NCBI GenBank assembly: GCA_017482355.1
Contig: JAFUNJ010000001.1
Location: 2,888 to 66,887, forward strand
Source: Clostridia bacterium
Lineage (GTDB): Bacteria; Bacillota; Clostridia; Oscillospirales; CAG-272
Length of the DNA stretch: 64,000 nucleotides
Direction: 5' to 3'
Position numbers and translations under genes: made by a program. The number at the start of each line of letters is the position of its first letter. The stretch's first letter is position 1. Positions 47,166 through 57,037 of this stretch are shown here, piece after piece. Under the pieces are notes generated by a model. It did no database searches and was not told the DNA's origin. It worked only from the letters and a program-made list of their open reading frames with translations.

Positions 47166-48275
47166 ATGGATAATAATTACTACGGTGAGCTTGCTGTAAT
47201 ATGTATGCCCGGTTGCGAGAAGTTCGTTGACGAGGTCGACGGCTATCTTCGCCAGTGGAGAGGAACGGCTGTATGCGATACCTTCGTTGTAAAGCCCGAG
47301 TGCAAGAGGTTTGCTAACGGAGAGGGCAAGGCAGTCCTTCACGAATCCTTCAGAGGACGCGATATTTACATTATTGCCGATATGTATAACTACGGCGTTA
47401 CTTACAAGATGTACGGCAAGGAGTTCCCGATGAGCCCCGACGATCATTTTGCAGATCTTAAGCGCGTTATAAACGCTATCGCAGGTAAGGCGCGCAGAAT
47501 TACCGTTATTCTTCCTATGCTTTACGAAAGCCGTCAGGACAAGCGTCACGTAAGAGAGTCGCTTGACTGTGCCGTCGCTCTTCAGGAGCTTGAAAATATG
47601 GGCGTTACGAATATTGTAACCTTCGACGTTCATAATATCGGTATACAGAATGCAGTTCCGCTTATCGGCTTCGATAACGTTCAGCCGACCTATCAGATGA
47701 TAAAGGCGCTCGTTAAGACCGTTCCCGACATCAAGCTCGATAAGGATCACCTTACGATAATCTCCCCCGACGAGGGCGGAATGACGAGAAGCATGTACTA
47801 TTCCTCGCTTCTTTCTCTCGACCTCGGTATGTTCTATAAGAGACGTGACTACGCGACCGTTGTTAACGGCAAAAACCCGATCGTTGCACACGAGTACCTC
47901 GGTAAGGACGTATCCGGTAAGGACGTAGTTATCGTTGACGACATCATTTCCTCGGGTCAGTCGATACTCGACGTTGCTTCCAGCTTGAAGGAGCGCGGAG
48001 CAAACCGCATCTTTGCTTTTGCTACCTTCGGACTCTTCTGCGAGGGCTACGAGGCGATCGACAAGGCATACGAGAAGGGCGATATCACAAAGATATTCAC
48101 GACAAACCTCATCTACCGTTCTCCCGAGCTTCTCTGTCGCGAGTGGTATGCTGAGGTCGATCTCGGAAAATACGTCGCGCTTATAATCGACACTCTTAAC
48201 CGTGACAAGACGATAAGCCATCTTCTCAAGCCCGCTGAGAGAATCAAGGCGCTCGTCGAAAAGGTTAAAGCATAA
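47166..48275 (+). CDS. prs: ribose-phosphate pyrophosphokinase
   Basis: RFANGE, ESRQD, SPDEGG, VDDIISSG; start ATG 47166. Confidence 0.88.
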   Translation: MDNNYYGELAVICMPGCEKFVDEVDGYLRQWRGTAVCDTFVVKPECKRFANGEGKAVLHESFRGRDIYIIADMYNYGVTYKMYGKEFPMSPDDHFADLKRVINAIAGKARRITVILPMLYESRQDKRHVRESLDCAVALQELENMGVTNIVTFDVHNIGIQNAVPLIGFDNVQPTYQMIKALVKTVPDIKLDKDHLTIISPDEGGMTRSMYYSSLLSLDLGMFYKRRDYATVVNGKNPIVAHEYLGKDVSGKDVVIVDDIISSGQSILDVASSLKERGANRIFAFATFGLFCEGYEAIDKAYEKGDITKIFTTNLIYRSPELLCREWYAEVDLGKYVALIIDTLNRDKTISHLLKPAERIKALVEKVKA

Positions 48276-48330
48276 TCAAGGCAATAAAGGCGGCTCGTTC
48301 CAAGCCGTCTTTTTAGCCGAAAGGAATATT

Positions 48331-48501
48331 ATGGAAAAATGTGAAAGCTTATACGGGCTTTTTAAAGATATGACCGTGAGCGAGCTCGAAGAACGGCTTA
48401 CATGCACCGACGACAGAGAAGAAAAGATATTTCTTCGTGCGCTGATCAATCTGAAGCTTCAGCTTGCACAGGAAAAGATCGTAGGAGAGATGCTGCTGTG
48501 A
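48331..48501 (+). CDS. 56-aa helical protein, putative antitoxin
   Basis: Not in the ORF track: AAGGA RBS, MEKCESLYGLFKDMTVSELEERL...QEKIVGEMLL; the stop overlaps the next GTG (GTGA). Confidence 0.65.
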   Translation: MEKCESLYGLFKDMTVSELEERLTCTDDREEKIFLRALINLKLQLAQEKIVGEMLL

Positions 48502-49079
48502 GCAAAAAGACCTTTACGATAATCGCGGGAATAAACGGCGCAGGAAAAACGTCGCTTTACCGCGTGCTTAAAGAGACCGATACCGATCTCGGAGTCAGAG
48601 TCAATATAGACGAGCTTGCCCTCGAGCAGGGTGACTGGCGCGATCCGCGTGCGCAGATCCATGCAGGAAGAGCCGCTATGGCTATGATAGGCGAGCAGAT
48701 CGAAAAGGGAAATTCCTTCCATCTCGAAACGACGCTTCCCGGCGCCGCTATCGTCCGTCAGATAAATGCCGCAAAGGAAAACGGCTTTACGGTAACGCTT
48801 TATTTCGTCGGTATAGACCGTCTCAGCGTCGCTCTTGAGAGAGTTCATCTCCGTATGGCGAACGGCGGTCACGGAATCGCAGACGAGTTTATTATCAAGC
48901 GTTATGCGCAGTTAAATGCTAATCTCCGTCAGGTGCTTCCGCTGTGCGACAGCGCGATACTGTTTGATAATACGGTCAAGTTTCGACAGATCGCGATAAT
49001 GGAAAATAAGCGGCTTGTCGACTGCGACTCGGATCTGCCTTATTGGTTTATCGAGCTTATAGACGAGCTTCCCGACTGA
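48498..49079 (+). CDS. zeta-toxin-like P-loop protein
   Basis: IAGINGAGKTS, NIDE, SFHLETTL, RV..R...GGH, LFDN. Confidence 0.8.
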   Translation: MSKKTFTIIAGINGAGKTSLYRVLKETDTDLGVRVNIDELALEQGDWRDPRAQIHAGRAAMAMIGEQIEKGNSFHLETTLPGAAIVRQINAAKENGFTVTLYFVGIDRLSVALERVHLRMANGGHGIADEFIIKRYAQLNANLRQVLPLCDSAILFDNTVKFRQIAIMENKRLVDCDSDLPYWFIELIDELPD

Positions 49080-49088
49080 AAGGATATT

Positions 49089-49745
49089 ATGTTTAAGTAT
49101 TTCATTTTTGATCTCGACGGAACTCTTGCTTATACTATCGGGGATCTGCGCAATGCGATGAATCTTACCTTCGAAAAATACGGTTTTCCGTTGCTTGATG
49201 ACGAAAAGGTCCTTGCGTCGATAAATCACGGAACGAGGGAATTTGTCCGAAAGTGTCTGCCCGACGGGATTGAGCAAAACGATGATTTTATAAACGAGGT
49301 AATTGACGAGTATCTGAAAATATACGACGAAAATTGTCTTGTTTACACGAAACCGTACGAATACGTGAACGCCATTCTCGGCTACTGTAAGGAAAACGGC
49401 GCGAAAATGGCGGTCTATTCGAATAAGCACGACCCGTGCACCAAGCGCATGGTAGCGACGCTTTTTCCGAATGTTTTTGATATGGTTCTCGGTGGCGGAA
49501 CGAAAATTCCTCACAAGCCCGCCCCCGACGGAGCGCTTTATATAGCGGATATTTTCGGCGCAAAGCCCGACGAGATCGCCTTCATCGGCGATTCCGACGT
49601 TGATATGGAAACTGCGCTGAACGCAGGAATGCATCCATTTGGCGTGAGCTGGGGATACAGGTCACCCGAGCTGCTTTGTGAGAAGGGCGCGGAGGGTATT
49701 ATATCCGATTTTGATTCATTTGTACGCTTAGCAGGTAAAGAATGA
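49089..49745 (+). CDS. HAD family phosphatase (Gph-like)
   Basis: FDLDGTL, SNK, KPAPD, IGDSDVD. Confidence 0.88.
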   Translation: MFKYFIFDLDGTLAYTIGDLRNAMNLTFEKYGFPLLDDEKVLASINHGTREFVRKCLPDGIEQNDDFINEVIDEYLKIYDENCLVYTKPYEYVNAILGYCKENGAKMAVYSNKHDPCTKRMVATLFPNVFDMVLGGGTKIPHKPAPDGALYIADIFGAKPDEIAFIGDSDVDMETALNAGMHPFGVSWGYRSPELLCEKGAEGIISDFDSFVRLAGKE

Positions 49746-51352
49746 AGATAAACGAAAAAACGTTGCGGCGCCTTCCAAAGCTGCTACTCCCCGTAGCGAC
49801 TTTTTTGGTGGCGGCGGTGATCGTAATTACCGTCTGCTTTGCTATCGGTAACAGCCGCGCACGTTCATCTGCATACGAGGTCGCGGATAAATATATCGAC
49901 GGCCTTTCGGTAAATGAGCTTTATGATAAGCTTGATAATTACGTAAAGAAAAATATCTCTGATTACGAGGAGCTTCTCCAGGTCGAGAATAAGATGAGAG
50001 AGCTTCTTGAAAACGGAGACATGTCGTTTGCGCGTGATGAGGATTTCGAAAGATCCGCGCCGAAATATACCGTATACATTAACGGAAAAGAGGTATATAC
50101 CCTCGTTTTAAAAAAGACGTTTTCTCCTTCAAACGCCTATGGCGTTAAAAGCTTTGAGGTCAGTAAAAGCTTTGCTCTCGGAAACGAGTTCATCGTTGAG
50201 GTGCCGTCGGGTGCTGTCGTTACGGTGAACGGATTTGAGCTTGAGAGGGCGAAGTCTGTTCGGTCGCATTATTACCGTCTTTCGGAATTTGAGGACAAGT
50301 TTGCAGATGAATATGCAAGCGACAGATATTCACTCGGACGGCTCTTTCTCTCGCCTGACGTGAGCGTTGTATATGAGGGCAAGCGTCTGAGCGCATCGTC
50401 GATAGACGGCGGTGTTCTTCACTATGATTATCCGGCTGATATGACCGAGAATTATGCCTTTACAGTTCCTGAGGGCGCGATCGTTACCGTAAACGGAAAG
50501 CACGTTGAGCGTGAATATATTTCGGAGTCAAAGCAGCCGTATCCCTTCCTTACCAGATTTGAAAGCGACCTTTCCGGCATGCCGACATCAAACGTCTATC
50601 AGCTGACGGGAATGTTTGCCTCCCCCGAAATAACGGTAACGTATAACGGCATCGAGCTCACAGACGAGGGCGGCGTTTACCGTTTGCCCGAGGATATGAC
50701 GAGCACGTTCGTTATTATGGCACCGAGCGACGCCGTTGTGAAGGTGAACGGTAAAACGCTTAATTCTACAGATATAACGTCGAAAAAGAAAGAATTTCCG
50801 ATTCTTTCCGGTGTGAGCGGTTACGCGAAGCAGCGTCCGTACCTCACCGAGTATAAGGTAAATGGCCTGATGACCGAGCCGAGCATAACCGCAACGGACA
50901 AAAACGGCAAGCCGCTTTCCGTGAACGGCTATTATTCGTCTGACGGAAAGATAATGTTTAACTGTACTCCGAGCGGCATACCCTCGTCGACGGTCACAAA
51001 AGCCCTTACGAATTATACGAAGGCGTATATAAAATATGTTTACAGTGCGGGAAGCGGTCTTGAAAGCAATTACAATTCCGCCATCGCATATACACCTTAC
51101 AATTCCCCCGCATATTACGCACTCAAGGATACTTACCGTGAACTCTATAACGCTCCGCAGTATAAGAGCATTTCTTACGGCGAGCTTAAGGTTCTTGAAT
51201 ATTATAAGTATTCCGACAGTGCATATTCAGCGGTAGTACAGATGGCGTGTACGGCTACACTTGACGGTGAGAAGGTCGGGTTTACGGTTACTCTTGAAAT
51301 ACTCGGGAACTTCTCGGGAAGCCGCAGGTGGATAAATTATAAGGTGCTATGA
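49742..51352 (+). CDS. membrane-anchored protein with three PEGA-like beta repeats
   Basis: N-terminal TM; repeats VPSGAVVTVNG / VPEGAIVTVNG / APSDAVVKVNG. Confidence 0.65.
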   Translation: MKINEKTLRRLPKLLLPVATFLVAAVIVITVCFAIGNSRARSSAYEVADKYIDGLSVNELYDKLDNYVKKNISDYEELLQVENKMRELLENGDMSFARDEDFERSAPKYTVYINGKEVYTLVLKKTFSPSNAYGVKSFEVSKSFALGNEFIVEVPSGAVVTVNGFELERAKSVRSHYYRLSEFEDKFADEYASDRYSLGRLFLSPDVSVVYEGKRLSASSIDGGVLHYDYPADMTENYAFTVPEGAIVTVNGKHVEREYISESKQPYPFLTRFESDLSGMPTSNVYQLTGMFASPEITVTYNGIELTDEGGVYRLPEDMTSTFVIMAPSDAVVKVNGKTLNSTDITSKKKEFPILSGVSGYAKQRPYLTEYKVNGLMTEPSITATDKNGKPLSVNGYYSSDGKIMFNCTPSGIPSSTVTKALTNYTKAYIKYVYSAGSGLESNYNSAIAYTPYNSPAYYALKDTYRELYNAPQYKSISYGELKVLEYYKYSDSAYSAVVQMACTATLDGEKVGFTVTLEILGNFSGSRRWINYKVL

Positions 51353-51371
51353 CAATAAGGAGACTTGAAAA

Positions 51372-52784
51372 ATGGCAACATTTCTCGGAGCATTGCTTAA
51401 GATATTCAGCATATTATCCGGAATAATTGGAATACTGTATTTTCACAAAGAGATTCTTAATTTACTCGGATTATTCGCTACAAGAAAATTCCCCGAGGCA
51501 AAAAAACAGCATAAATACGGTATACTCGTTTCGGCACGTAACGAGGGAGCCGTTATCGGCAAGCTTATCGAGAGCATAAAGAGCCAGGATTATCCCGCCG
51601 AGCTTATAACGACATTTGTCGTAGCGCATAACTGTACCGATAATACCGCAGAGGTTGCAAGAGAAGCCGGCGCCGTCTGCTATGAATGGAGCGATGATAC
51701 AAAGAAAACAAAGGGTTATGCTCTTCAGTTCCTCTTGGAGCAGATACGCCGTGACTACGGTATCGAAAGCTTCGACGCTTATATAATCTTCGATGCGGAC
51801 AACCTCCTCAAGGAAGATTATATGACGAGAATGAACGAATCCTTCGATGCTGGCGAAATGGTCGTTACCTCGTACAGAAACACCAAAAATTTCGATGATA
51901 ACTGGATATCGGCATCATACGGGATACATTGGCTCCGTACTATACGTCTTGAAAGCCGTGCAAAGTCCATTTTGCGCTTGGCAAACAGAGTTCAGGGAAC
52001 GGGATATATGTTCTCGTCGAAGCTTGTTAAGGACGGTTGGAAATACACTGGACTTACCGAAGACAGATATTTCTGTGCGGACGTAGTCACCGATGGCTAC
52101 AGGATCTCTTATAACCACCGTGCCGAATTTTTCGACGAGCAGCCGACAAACATCAAGATCGCCATGCGTCAGCGCTTGCGCTGGTCGAAGGGACATCTTG
52201 AGGCATTCCGCGGAACCGGTTTCAAGCTTATATCAAACATATTCCGTACTAAGGGCGCGGCAAACAAGGATCATCAAAATGACGGTTGGTTCAAAAAGCT
52301 TTGCCGAAATATACATTTCCGATTCGTAAACTTCGATATGCTTTCGGTCGTTTATCCGCGTTCCATATTGCTTTCATTCAAAAAGATCACTGTAGTAATA
52401 ATTAAAGCTATCCTTGCAATAATCGTTGCTAAACGATTTGAGTTGACGAGCTTGCCCAAGCTTTTCAGACACGTGCTGAAGCTCTTCGGCGTAACCGGAA
52501 TCGCTCAGCATAATGCTGCAGAAGCTATCGCAGTAATGTGCCTGTTCACCTTTGCATGGACGTTGAATACATATATTGAAACCATGATCAAAGCCGCATA
52601 CGTTCTTATCGCAGAGCGTAAACGCGTAAAGAAAATGAAATGGTATAAAAAGGTTTGGTTCTGTATGACCTTCCCGATTTTCGATCTGATCGGAAAGCTT
52701 ACCCTGCTAATGGCTTGCTTTATGAAGGTCGATTGGAAACCTATACCGCATAAGGTGGCAGTCGGCTTGGATAAAGTAAAATAA
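51372..52784 (+). CDS. processive-type glycosyltransferase family 2
   Basis: ARNE, FDADN, TED and QRLRW motifs with TM helices. Confidence 0.88.
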   Translation: MATFLGALLKIFSILSGIIGILYFHKEILNLLGLFATRKFPEAKKQHKYGILVSARNEGAVIGKLIESIKSQDYPAELITTFVVAHNCTDNTAEVAREAGAVCYEWSDDTKKTKGYALQFLLEQIRRDYGIESFDAYIIFDADNLLKEDYMTRMNESFDAGEMVVTSYRNTKNFDDNWISASYGIHWLRTIRLESRAKSILRLANRVQGTGYMFSSKLVKDGWKYTGLTEDRYFCADVVTDGYRISYNHRAEFFDEQPTNIKIAMRQRLRWSKGHLEAFRGTGFKLISNIFRTKGAANKDHQNDGWFKKLCRNIHFRFVNFDMLSVVYPRSILLSFKKITVVIIKAILAIIVAKRFELTSLPKLFRHVLKLFGVTGIAQHNAAEAIAVMCLFTFAWTLNTYIETMIKAAYVLIAERKRVKKMKWYKKVWFCMTFPIFDLIGKLTLLMACFMKVDWKPIPHKVAVGLDKVK

Positions 52785-52827
52785 CATAACAAAAAACCGA
52801 GAGCGGTAAGCTCTCGGTTTTATCTTT

Positions 52828-53508
52828 TTAAAAATTGAGTTTTTCCTTGGCAGCGCTTTCTGCCTGCTCGAACTTCGCTTTGAGCTCCTCGCTCAAGCGC
52901 TTGTATTCCTCAGCGGATTCAATAGAGAGGGCATTCAAATTCTTCATGTATTCCTCTGTGAGCGCGGCGAGCTCTTTTCTCGTTGTTTCGGTCATTATGC
53001 GTGCTGAAACCGCGGCGTCGAAGCGGATACTGTCCGCTGCCTTTTCCGCCTCTGCGATCTTGCGGCGGCTTTCCTCCTCTGCGTCGGAAAGGATCTTCTG
53101 CGCGTCGAGATTTGCTTTAACAAGTATGCTTCCGAGCTTGCTTTCGGTATCGGTTATCGAAAGCTCGGTCTTTACTTCTTCCTTCGGCATGTTGGCGAGC
53201 TTTTCTTCAAATTCCGCCTTTGCCTTTTTAAGATCTTCTTTAGCACCCTCAAGCTCGTTTTCAAGCTCGGCAAGCTTTGCTTTTGCTTCTTCAAGCTCGC
53301 GCTTTGCGCTTTCGAGCTCGCACGCCTTGCCTGCGTCTGCTTTATACTTTTCAATATCCTGCTCGAGCATTCTGACCGTGCTTATATAACGGTTTTCAGC
53401 CGTCGTGAAGCGGATATTCATATCCTCTATATAGCGGTTTACGTCGTTCTTATCATAGCCCTTTCGGGAATTTCTGAACATTACCATTTCATTAGCGGAG
53501 CTTTTCAT
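52828..53508 (-). CDS. DivIVA-domain coiled-coil protein
   Basis: FRNSRKGYDKNDVNRYI followed by a long coiled coil. Confidence 0.65.
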   Translation of the reverse strand: MKSSANEMVMFRNSRKGYDKNDVNRYIEDMNIRFTTAENRYISTVRMLEQDIEKYKADAGKACELESAKRELEEAKAKLAELENELEGAKEDLKKAKAEFEEKLANMPKEEVKTELSITDTESKLGSILVKANLDAQKILSDAEEESRRKIAEAEKAADSIRFDAAVSARIMTETTRKELAALTEEYMKNLNALSIESAEEYKRLSEELKAKFEQAESAAKEKLNF

Positions 53509-53585
53509 GATCTGACCGTCCGTTTACATTAGAATTTCGTATTTTTATGATACCTTAAAAATTTCGAGTTGTCAATAGGAATCGT

Positions 53586-55076
53586 TTACTGCTTGTGATA
53601 AAGCTTCTTCGTCGTATATTTCGGCTCGCAGGTTATATTTACTCCGAGCTTGCGGAACGCGTCCTCATCGGACTGCGGAAGAATGACCGTCGAATGTGCC
53701 TCACAGCCGCGAAGGTCGTAAAGGTGTTTGAGCGCCTTTGCGGAATTTTCATCGAAGCTTGCGCTTATCGTAAGGGCGATAAGCACCTCGTCGGAATGCA
53801 GACGAGGATTGTGATTGCCGAGAACTCCGGTCTTCAGCTCCTGAATCGGCTTGATTACCGACTGGCTTATAACGTCTGTGTCATTGTCAATGCCCGAAAG
53901 CGCCTTTAGGGCGTTGAGCAGAAGCGCGGCGGATGGACCGAGAAGAGAGGAGGTCTTTCCCGTAACTATTCTGCCGTCGGGCAGCATGAGAGCCGATGCC
54001 GGCTTGCCTGTTTCCTCTGCCTTCTTGTTTGCGGCGGCAACAACGGCGCGGTCGTCGGTCGTGACGCCTGCCTGGTTCATTACGAATTCCATTTTCGTTA
54101 TCGCTTCGCTGTTCGGCTTGCCGTTTTTAAGTCCGTCGCAGAGTATCTTATAGTAGCGGCGGATTATCTCGTCCTTCGACGCGTCGCGGACGATGTCCTC
54201 GTCGGATATGCAGAAGCCCGCCATATTTACTCCCATATCGGTCGGAGACTTATAGGGGCATTTTCCGTAGATCTTTTCAAATATCGCGCGCAGAACAGGG
54301 AAGTTTTCAACGTCTCTGTTATAGTTAACAGCCGCTTTTCCGTATGCTTCAAGATGGTACGGGTCGATCATATTAACGTCGTTAAGATCGGCAGTCGCCG
54401 CCTCGTAAGCGAGGTTGACAGGATGGGAAAGCGGAAGATTCCAGATTGGAAAGGTCTCGTACTTCGCATATCCTGCCTTAACGCCGCGGAGATTTTCGTG
54501 ATAAAGCTGAGATAGGCAAGTCGCCATCTTTCCGCTTCCGGGTCCGGGCGCGGTAACGACGACAAGAGGACGCTCGGTCTCAATATATTCATTCTTGCCG
54601 AGTCCCTCAGGACTTACGACATGCTTGACGTTAAGCGGGTAGCCCTCGATCGGATAGTGCAGATACACCTTCATTCCGAGCCTTTCAAGGCGCTCCTTGA
54701 AAAGGACGGCGCTTCTTTGTCCCGTATATCTTCCTATTACTATACTTCCGACGTAAAGACCCGCATCGCGGAACGCGTCGATGAGGCGGAGAACGTCTGC
54801 GTCGTAGGAGATTCCTATATCGGAGCGAATCTTCTGGTTTTCGATATCGGAGGCACTGATAACGATAACCATTTCAACGCGATCTGCCATATTGAGCAGC
54901 ATTTTCAGCTTGATGTCGGGGGCGAAGCCGGGCAGTACACGGGATGCGTGATAGTCGTCGAAAAGCTTTCCGCCGAATTCAAGGTAGAGCTTTCCGCCGA
55001 AGTCGTTTATTCTTTTCGCGATCATTTCAGACTGTTTTTTGATATACAAGTCGTTATTGAAGCCAAGTGTCTGCAT
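53586..55076 (-). CDS. DUF1846 (UPF0371) family protein
   Basis: LYLEFGGKLFDDYHASRVLPGF, APGPGSGKMATCLSQLYH, SPTDMGVN. Confidence 0.9.
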   Translation of the reverse strand: MQTLGFNNDLYIKKQSEMIAKRINDFGGKLYLEFGGKLFDDYHASRVLPGFAPDIKLKMLLNMADRVEMVIVISASDIENQKIRSDIGISYDADVLRLIDAFRDAGLYVGSIVIGRYTGQRSAVLFKERLERLGMKVYLHYPIEGYPLNVKHVVSPEGLGKNEYIETERPLVVVTAPGPGSGKMATCLSQLYHENLRGVKAGYAKYETFPIWNLPLSHPVNLAYEAATADLNDVNMIDPYHLEAYGKAAVNYNRDVENFPVLRAIFEKIYGKCPYKSPTDMGVNMAGFCISDEDIVRDASKDEIIRRYYKILCDGLKNGKPNSEAITKMEFVMNQAGVTTDDRAVVAAANKKAEETGKPASALMLPDGRIVTGKTSSLLGPSAALLLNALKALSGIDNDTDVISQSVIKPIQELKTGVLGNHNPRLHSDEVLIALTISASFDENSAKALKHLYDLRGCEAHSTVILPQSDEDAFRKLGVNITCEPKYTTKKLYHKQ

Positions 55077-55359
55077 TGTGCGCCTCCGAAAAAATAATAC
55101 GAATTAATTGTATCACATTTTGCCCCAATAGTCAACGGGTAAATCAAAAGAAAGCACAACGAAAATAGTGCTTTCTTTTGTTAGCGGTGAAGCGTATTAA
55201 AACAAGATCGAAGCTTTATAATGGAGAAAAACTGTTGTGAAATCTTTAAAATCATGATATAATGCGTATAACAATAGAAAAACATTATATTCAATTAATA
55301 GTTTTGACCAATCCTTTACCGGCGGAAATTTAATTATTGCATATATAGTAGGTTGACAC

Positions 55360-55776
55360 ATGAAGCTGAAACTTTTAAATGCTATTATACTCTTATCTTT
55401 GCTATTGTCCACTTTATCTTCGTGCAAGGCAGGAACGTATGGTGAAGATTTCAAAAATGTAAAATGGGTATCCGAAGATCCCCCTATAGAGTTTACTGTT
55501 TTAAATGAAGAAGATTGCGGTTTTGGCACGATAACATTTAACGATCAAAAAATCGACGTTTTTTGTCAATGGCTTTTGAATAAAAAAATAGTTATTTACA
55601 GAGTCGATGATTACGCAGATGATTTTGATTTTTACAATGATGCCTTAGGAGGAACGGGTATTATGTCCTTCTCCTACAAAATAAAAGGTAATCAAGCAAT
55701 TTTGAAGGTAATAACAGATGAACTGTTTGATTTCAGATACGAAACGATTACCATCGTGTGTGAAGAAATTGAATAA
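55360..55776 (+). CDS. hypothetical lipoprotein, paralog 1
   Basis: Lipobox LSSC; AT-rich; aligns with the next gene. Confidence 0.7.
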   Translation: MKLKLLNAIILLSLLLSTLSSCKAGTYGEDFKNVKWVSEDPPIEFTVLNEEDCGFGTITFNDQKIDVFCQWLLNKKIVIYRVDDYADDFDFYNDALGGTGIMSFSYKIKGNQAILKVITDELFDFRYETITIVCEEIE

Positions 55777-55823
55777 AATCTTTATGCTCTGTTTGAAATG
55801 CATTGGCTTGTGGTGAAGGGTAA

Positions 55824-56234
55824 ATGAAAAAGATTATAAACATTTTTGTATCTTTGCTTATTGTTATCGTAACATTCAGCGCTTGTCGTGGAGGAGTGTA
55901 TATTGATGACTTTGTTAATGTGAAGTGGACTTGTAACGACTTTGGTCTGCAGTTTTCATATACGGACGACAATCCCGAAATGGGTGTAGGGACACTTGTC
56001 AAAGACAATGAAACAATTGAAATCATTTGCTTGTTCTCATTAAGCAAAAACATAGAGGTATATGACAAGTCGAACTACAGTTCAACCGATAGTAACGAGG
56101 TCTGCAAGGCGTTACTTATAGGACATTATGAAGTTAAAGATGATGTTGCCAAGGTCACCATCATTGAAGATAATTTGTTTAACGGCGAGTATTTGAACAA
56201 GGTGATTTATTTGAAAATGACGCCTTTAACCTAA
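55824..56234 (+). CDS. hypothetical lipoprotein, paralog 2
   Basis: Lipobox FSAC; DFVNVKW vs DFKNVKW, GVGTL vs GFGTI. Confidence 0.7.
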   Translation: MKKIINIFVSLLIVIVTFSACRGGVYIDDFVNVKWTCNDFGLQFSYTDDNPEMGVGTLVKDNETIEIICLFSLSKNIEVYDKSNYSSTDSNEVCKALLIGHYEVKDDVAKVTIIEDNLFNGEYLNKVIYLKMTPLT

Positions 56235-56313
56235 CACAACTTTAGTGTTTGATGATAATTAAAACCAAAAAAATTCCCGAGGCAAATACCTCGGGAATTA
56301 AAATTTTTAAGAT

Positions 56314-56715
56314 TTATTTTATAAATCTGAAGTGTCCGACGAACGGCAGGTCTATTGCGCGTCCGCGTGCGGCGAACGAGCCCTGAAGGACTATGACGAA
56401 AAGTGCGACGAGACCGAGCGCGATAAGCGCGACGACCTTGATAATGTGAAAAATGATTCCGATAAACGGTATAAGTGCCAGCAATCCGAAGATCCATGAA
56501 AGAAGGAATCCGACTATCAGCATTAAAATCTCGCAGAAGAGCATTATAAGCCCTTGATTTGCCCAGTATCTGCCGAATTTCGAGCCGGGGAGCGAAACGA
56601 GCGGCAAGAAGAATAGCAGACCCGTGCAGGCGCAGACGCATTCGACCTTGCATGAGCGGCGGTCGTCGGGATGAAAGGTCTTCGTATATTCTTTTCCTTT
56701 TGCTCTTAAACGCAT
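56314..56715 (-). CDS. small membrane protein (DUF4870/Tic20-like)
   Basis: LFFLPL...ANQGL...IPFIG...LPFVG; start after AAGGAG. Confidence 0.65.
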   Translation of the reverse strand: MRLRAKGKEYTKTFHPDDRRSCKVECVCACTGLLFFLPLVSLPGSKFGRYWANQGLIMLFCEILMLIVGFLLSWIFGLLALIPFIGIIFHIIKVVALIALGLVALFVIVLQGSFAARGRAIDLPFVGHFRFIK

Positions 56716-56842
56716 ATTTTCGGCTCCTTTCGGTAAGTGTCGGCATGTTTGCCATCGAAACGTCATTATACATCAAAAAAACCAATTTGTCAAGAACAAG
56801 CGTTTGGAAAACGAAAAAGTTGAAATTTTTTCAAAAAAAGTG

Positions 56843-56871
56843 TTGACAAAGAGAAATTGCCGTGCTATAAT
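56843..56871 (+). promoter_or_regulatory. infC operon promoter
   Basis: TTGACA-17-TATAAT with extended TG. Confidence 0.8.
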
Positions 56872-56886
56872 TAATTGTCTTAAAAA

Positions 56887-57005
56887 GAAGCAGAGCACCG
56901 CTCTCACCGTCAGACAAAGTTTGCCGGTTGATATCCTATCTGTCCGCGAAGGCGGTAATGTTGCACGGGATCTGTTTCTTGACGCCCGCGCATTTTTTGT
57001 TTTTT
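56887..57005 (+). ncRNA. ribosomal protein L20 leader
   Basis: AAGCAGAGCACCGCTCTCACC 5' motif like the Firmicute L20 leader, upstream of infC-rpmI-rplT, ending in a hairpin and U-tract. Confidence 0.75.
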
Positions 57006-57037
57006 GCGGGAAACGTAATTTTCGGAGGTGTTTTACC

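Noticed and set aside
47145-48221. Long antisense ORFs over prs (also 8636-9544, 17379-18407, 19938-20987, 61578-62381)
   Set aside because: They are opposite-strand shadows of well-supported genes, with no motifs.
56804-57037. N-terminal extension of IF-3 in the ORF track
   Set aside because: This stretch contains the promoter and L20 leader; the RBS points to 57038.
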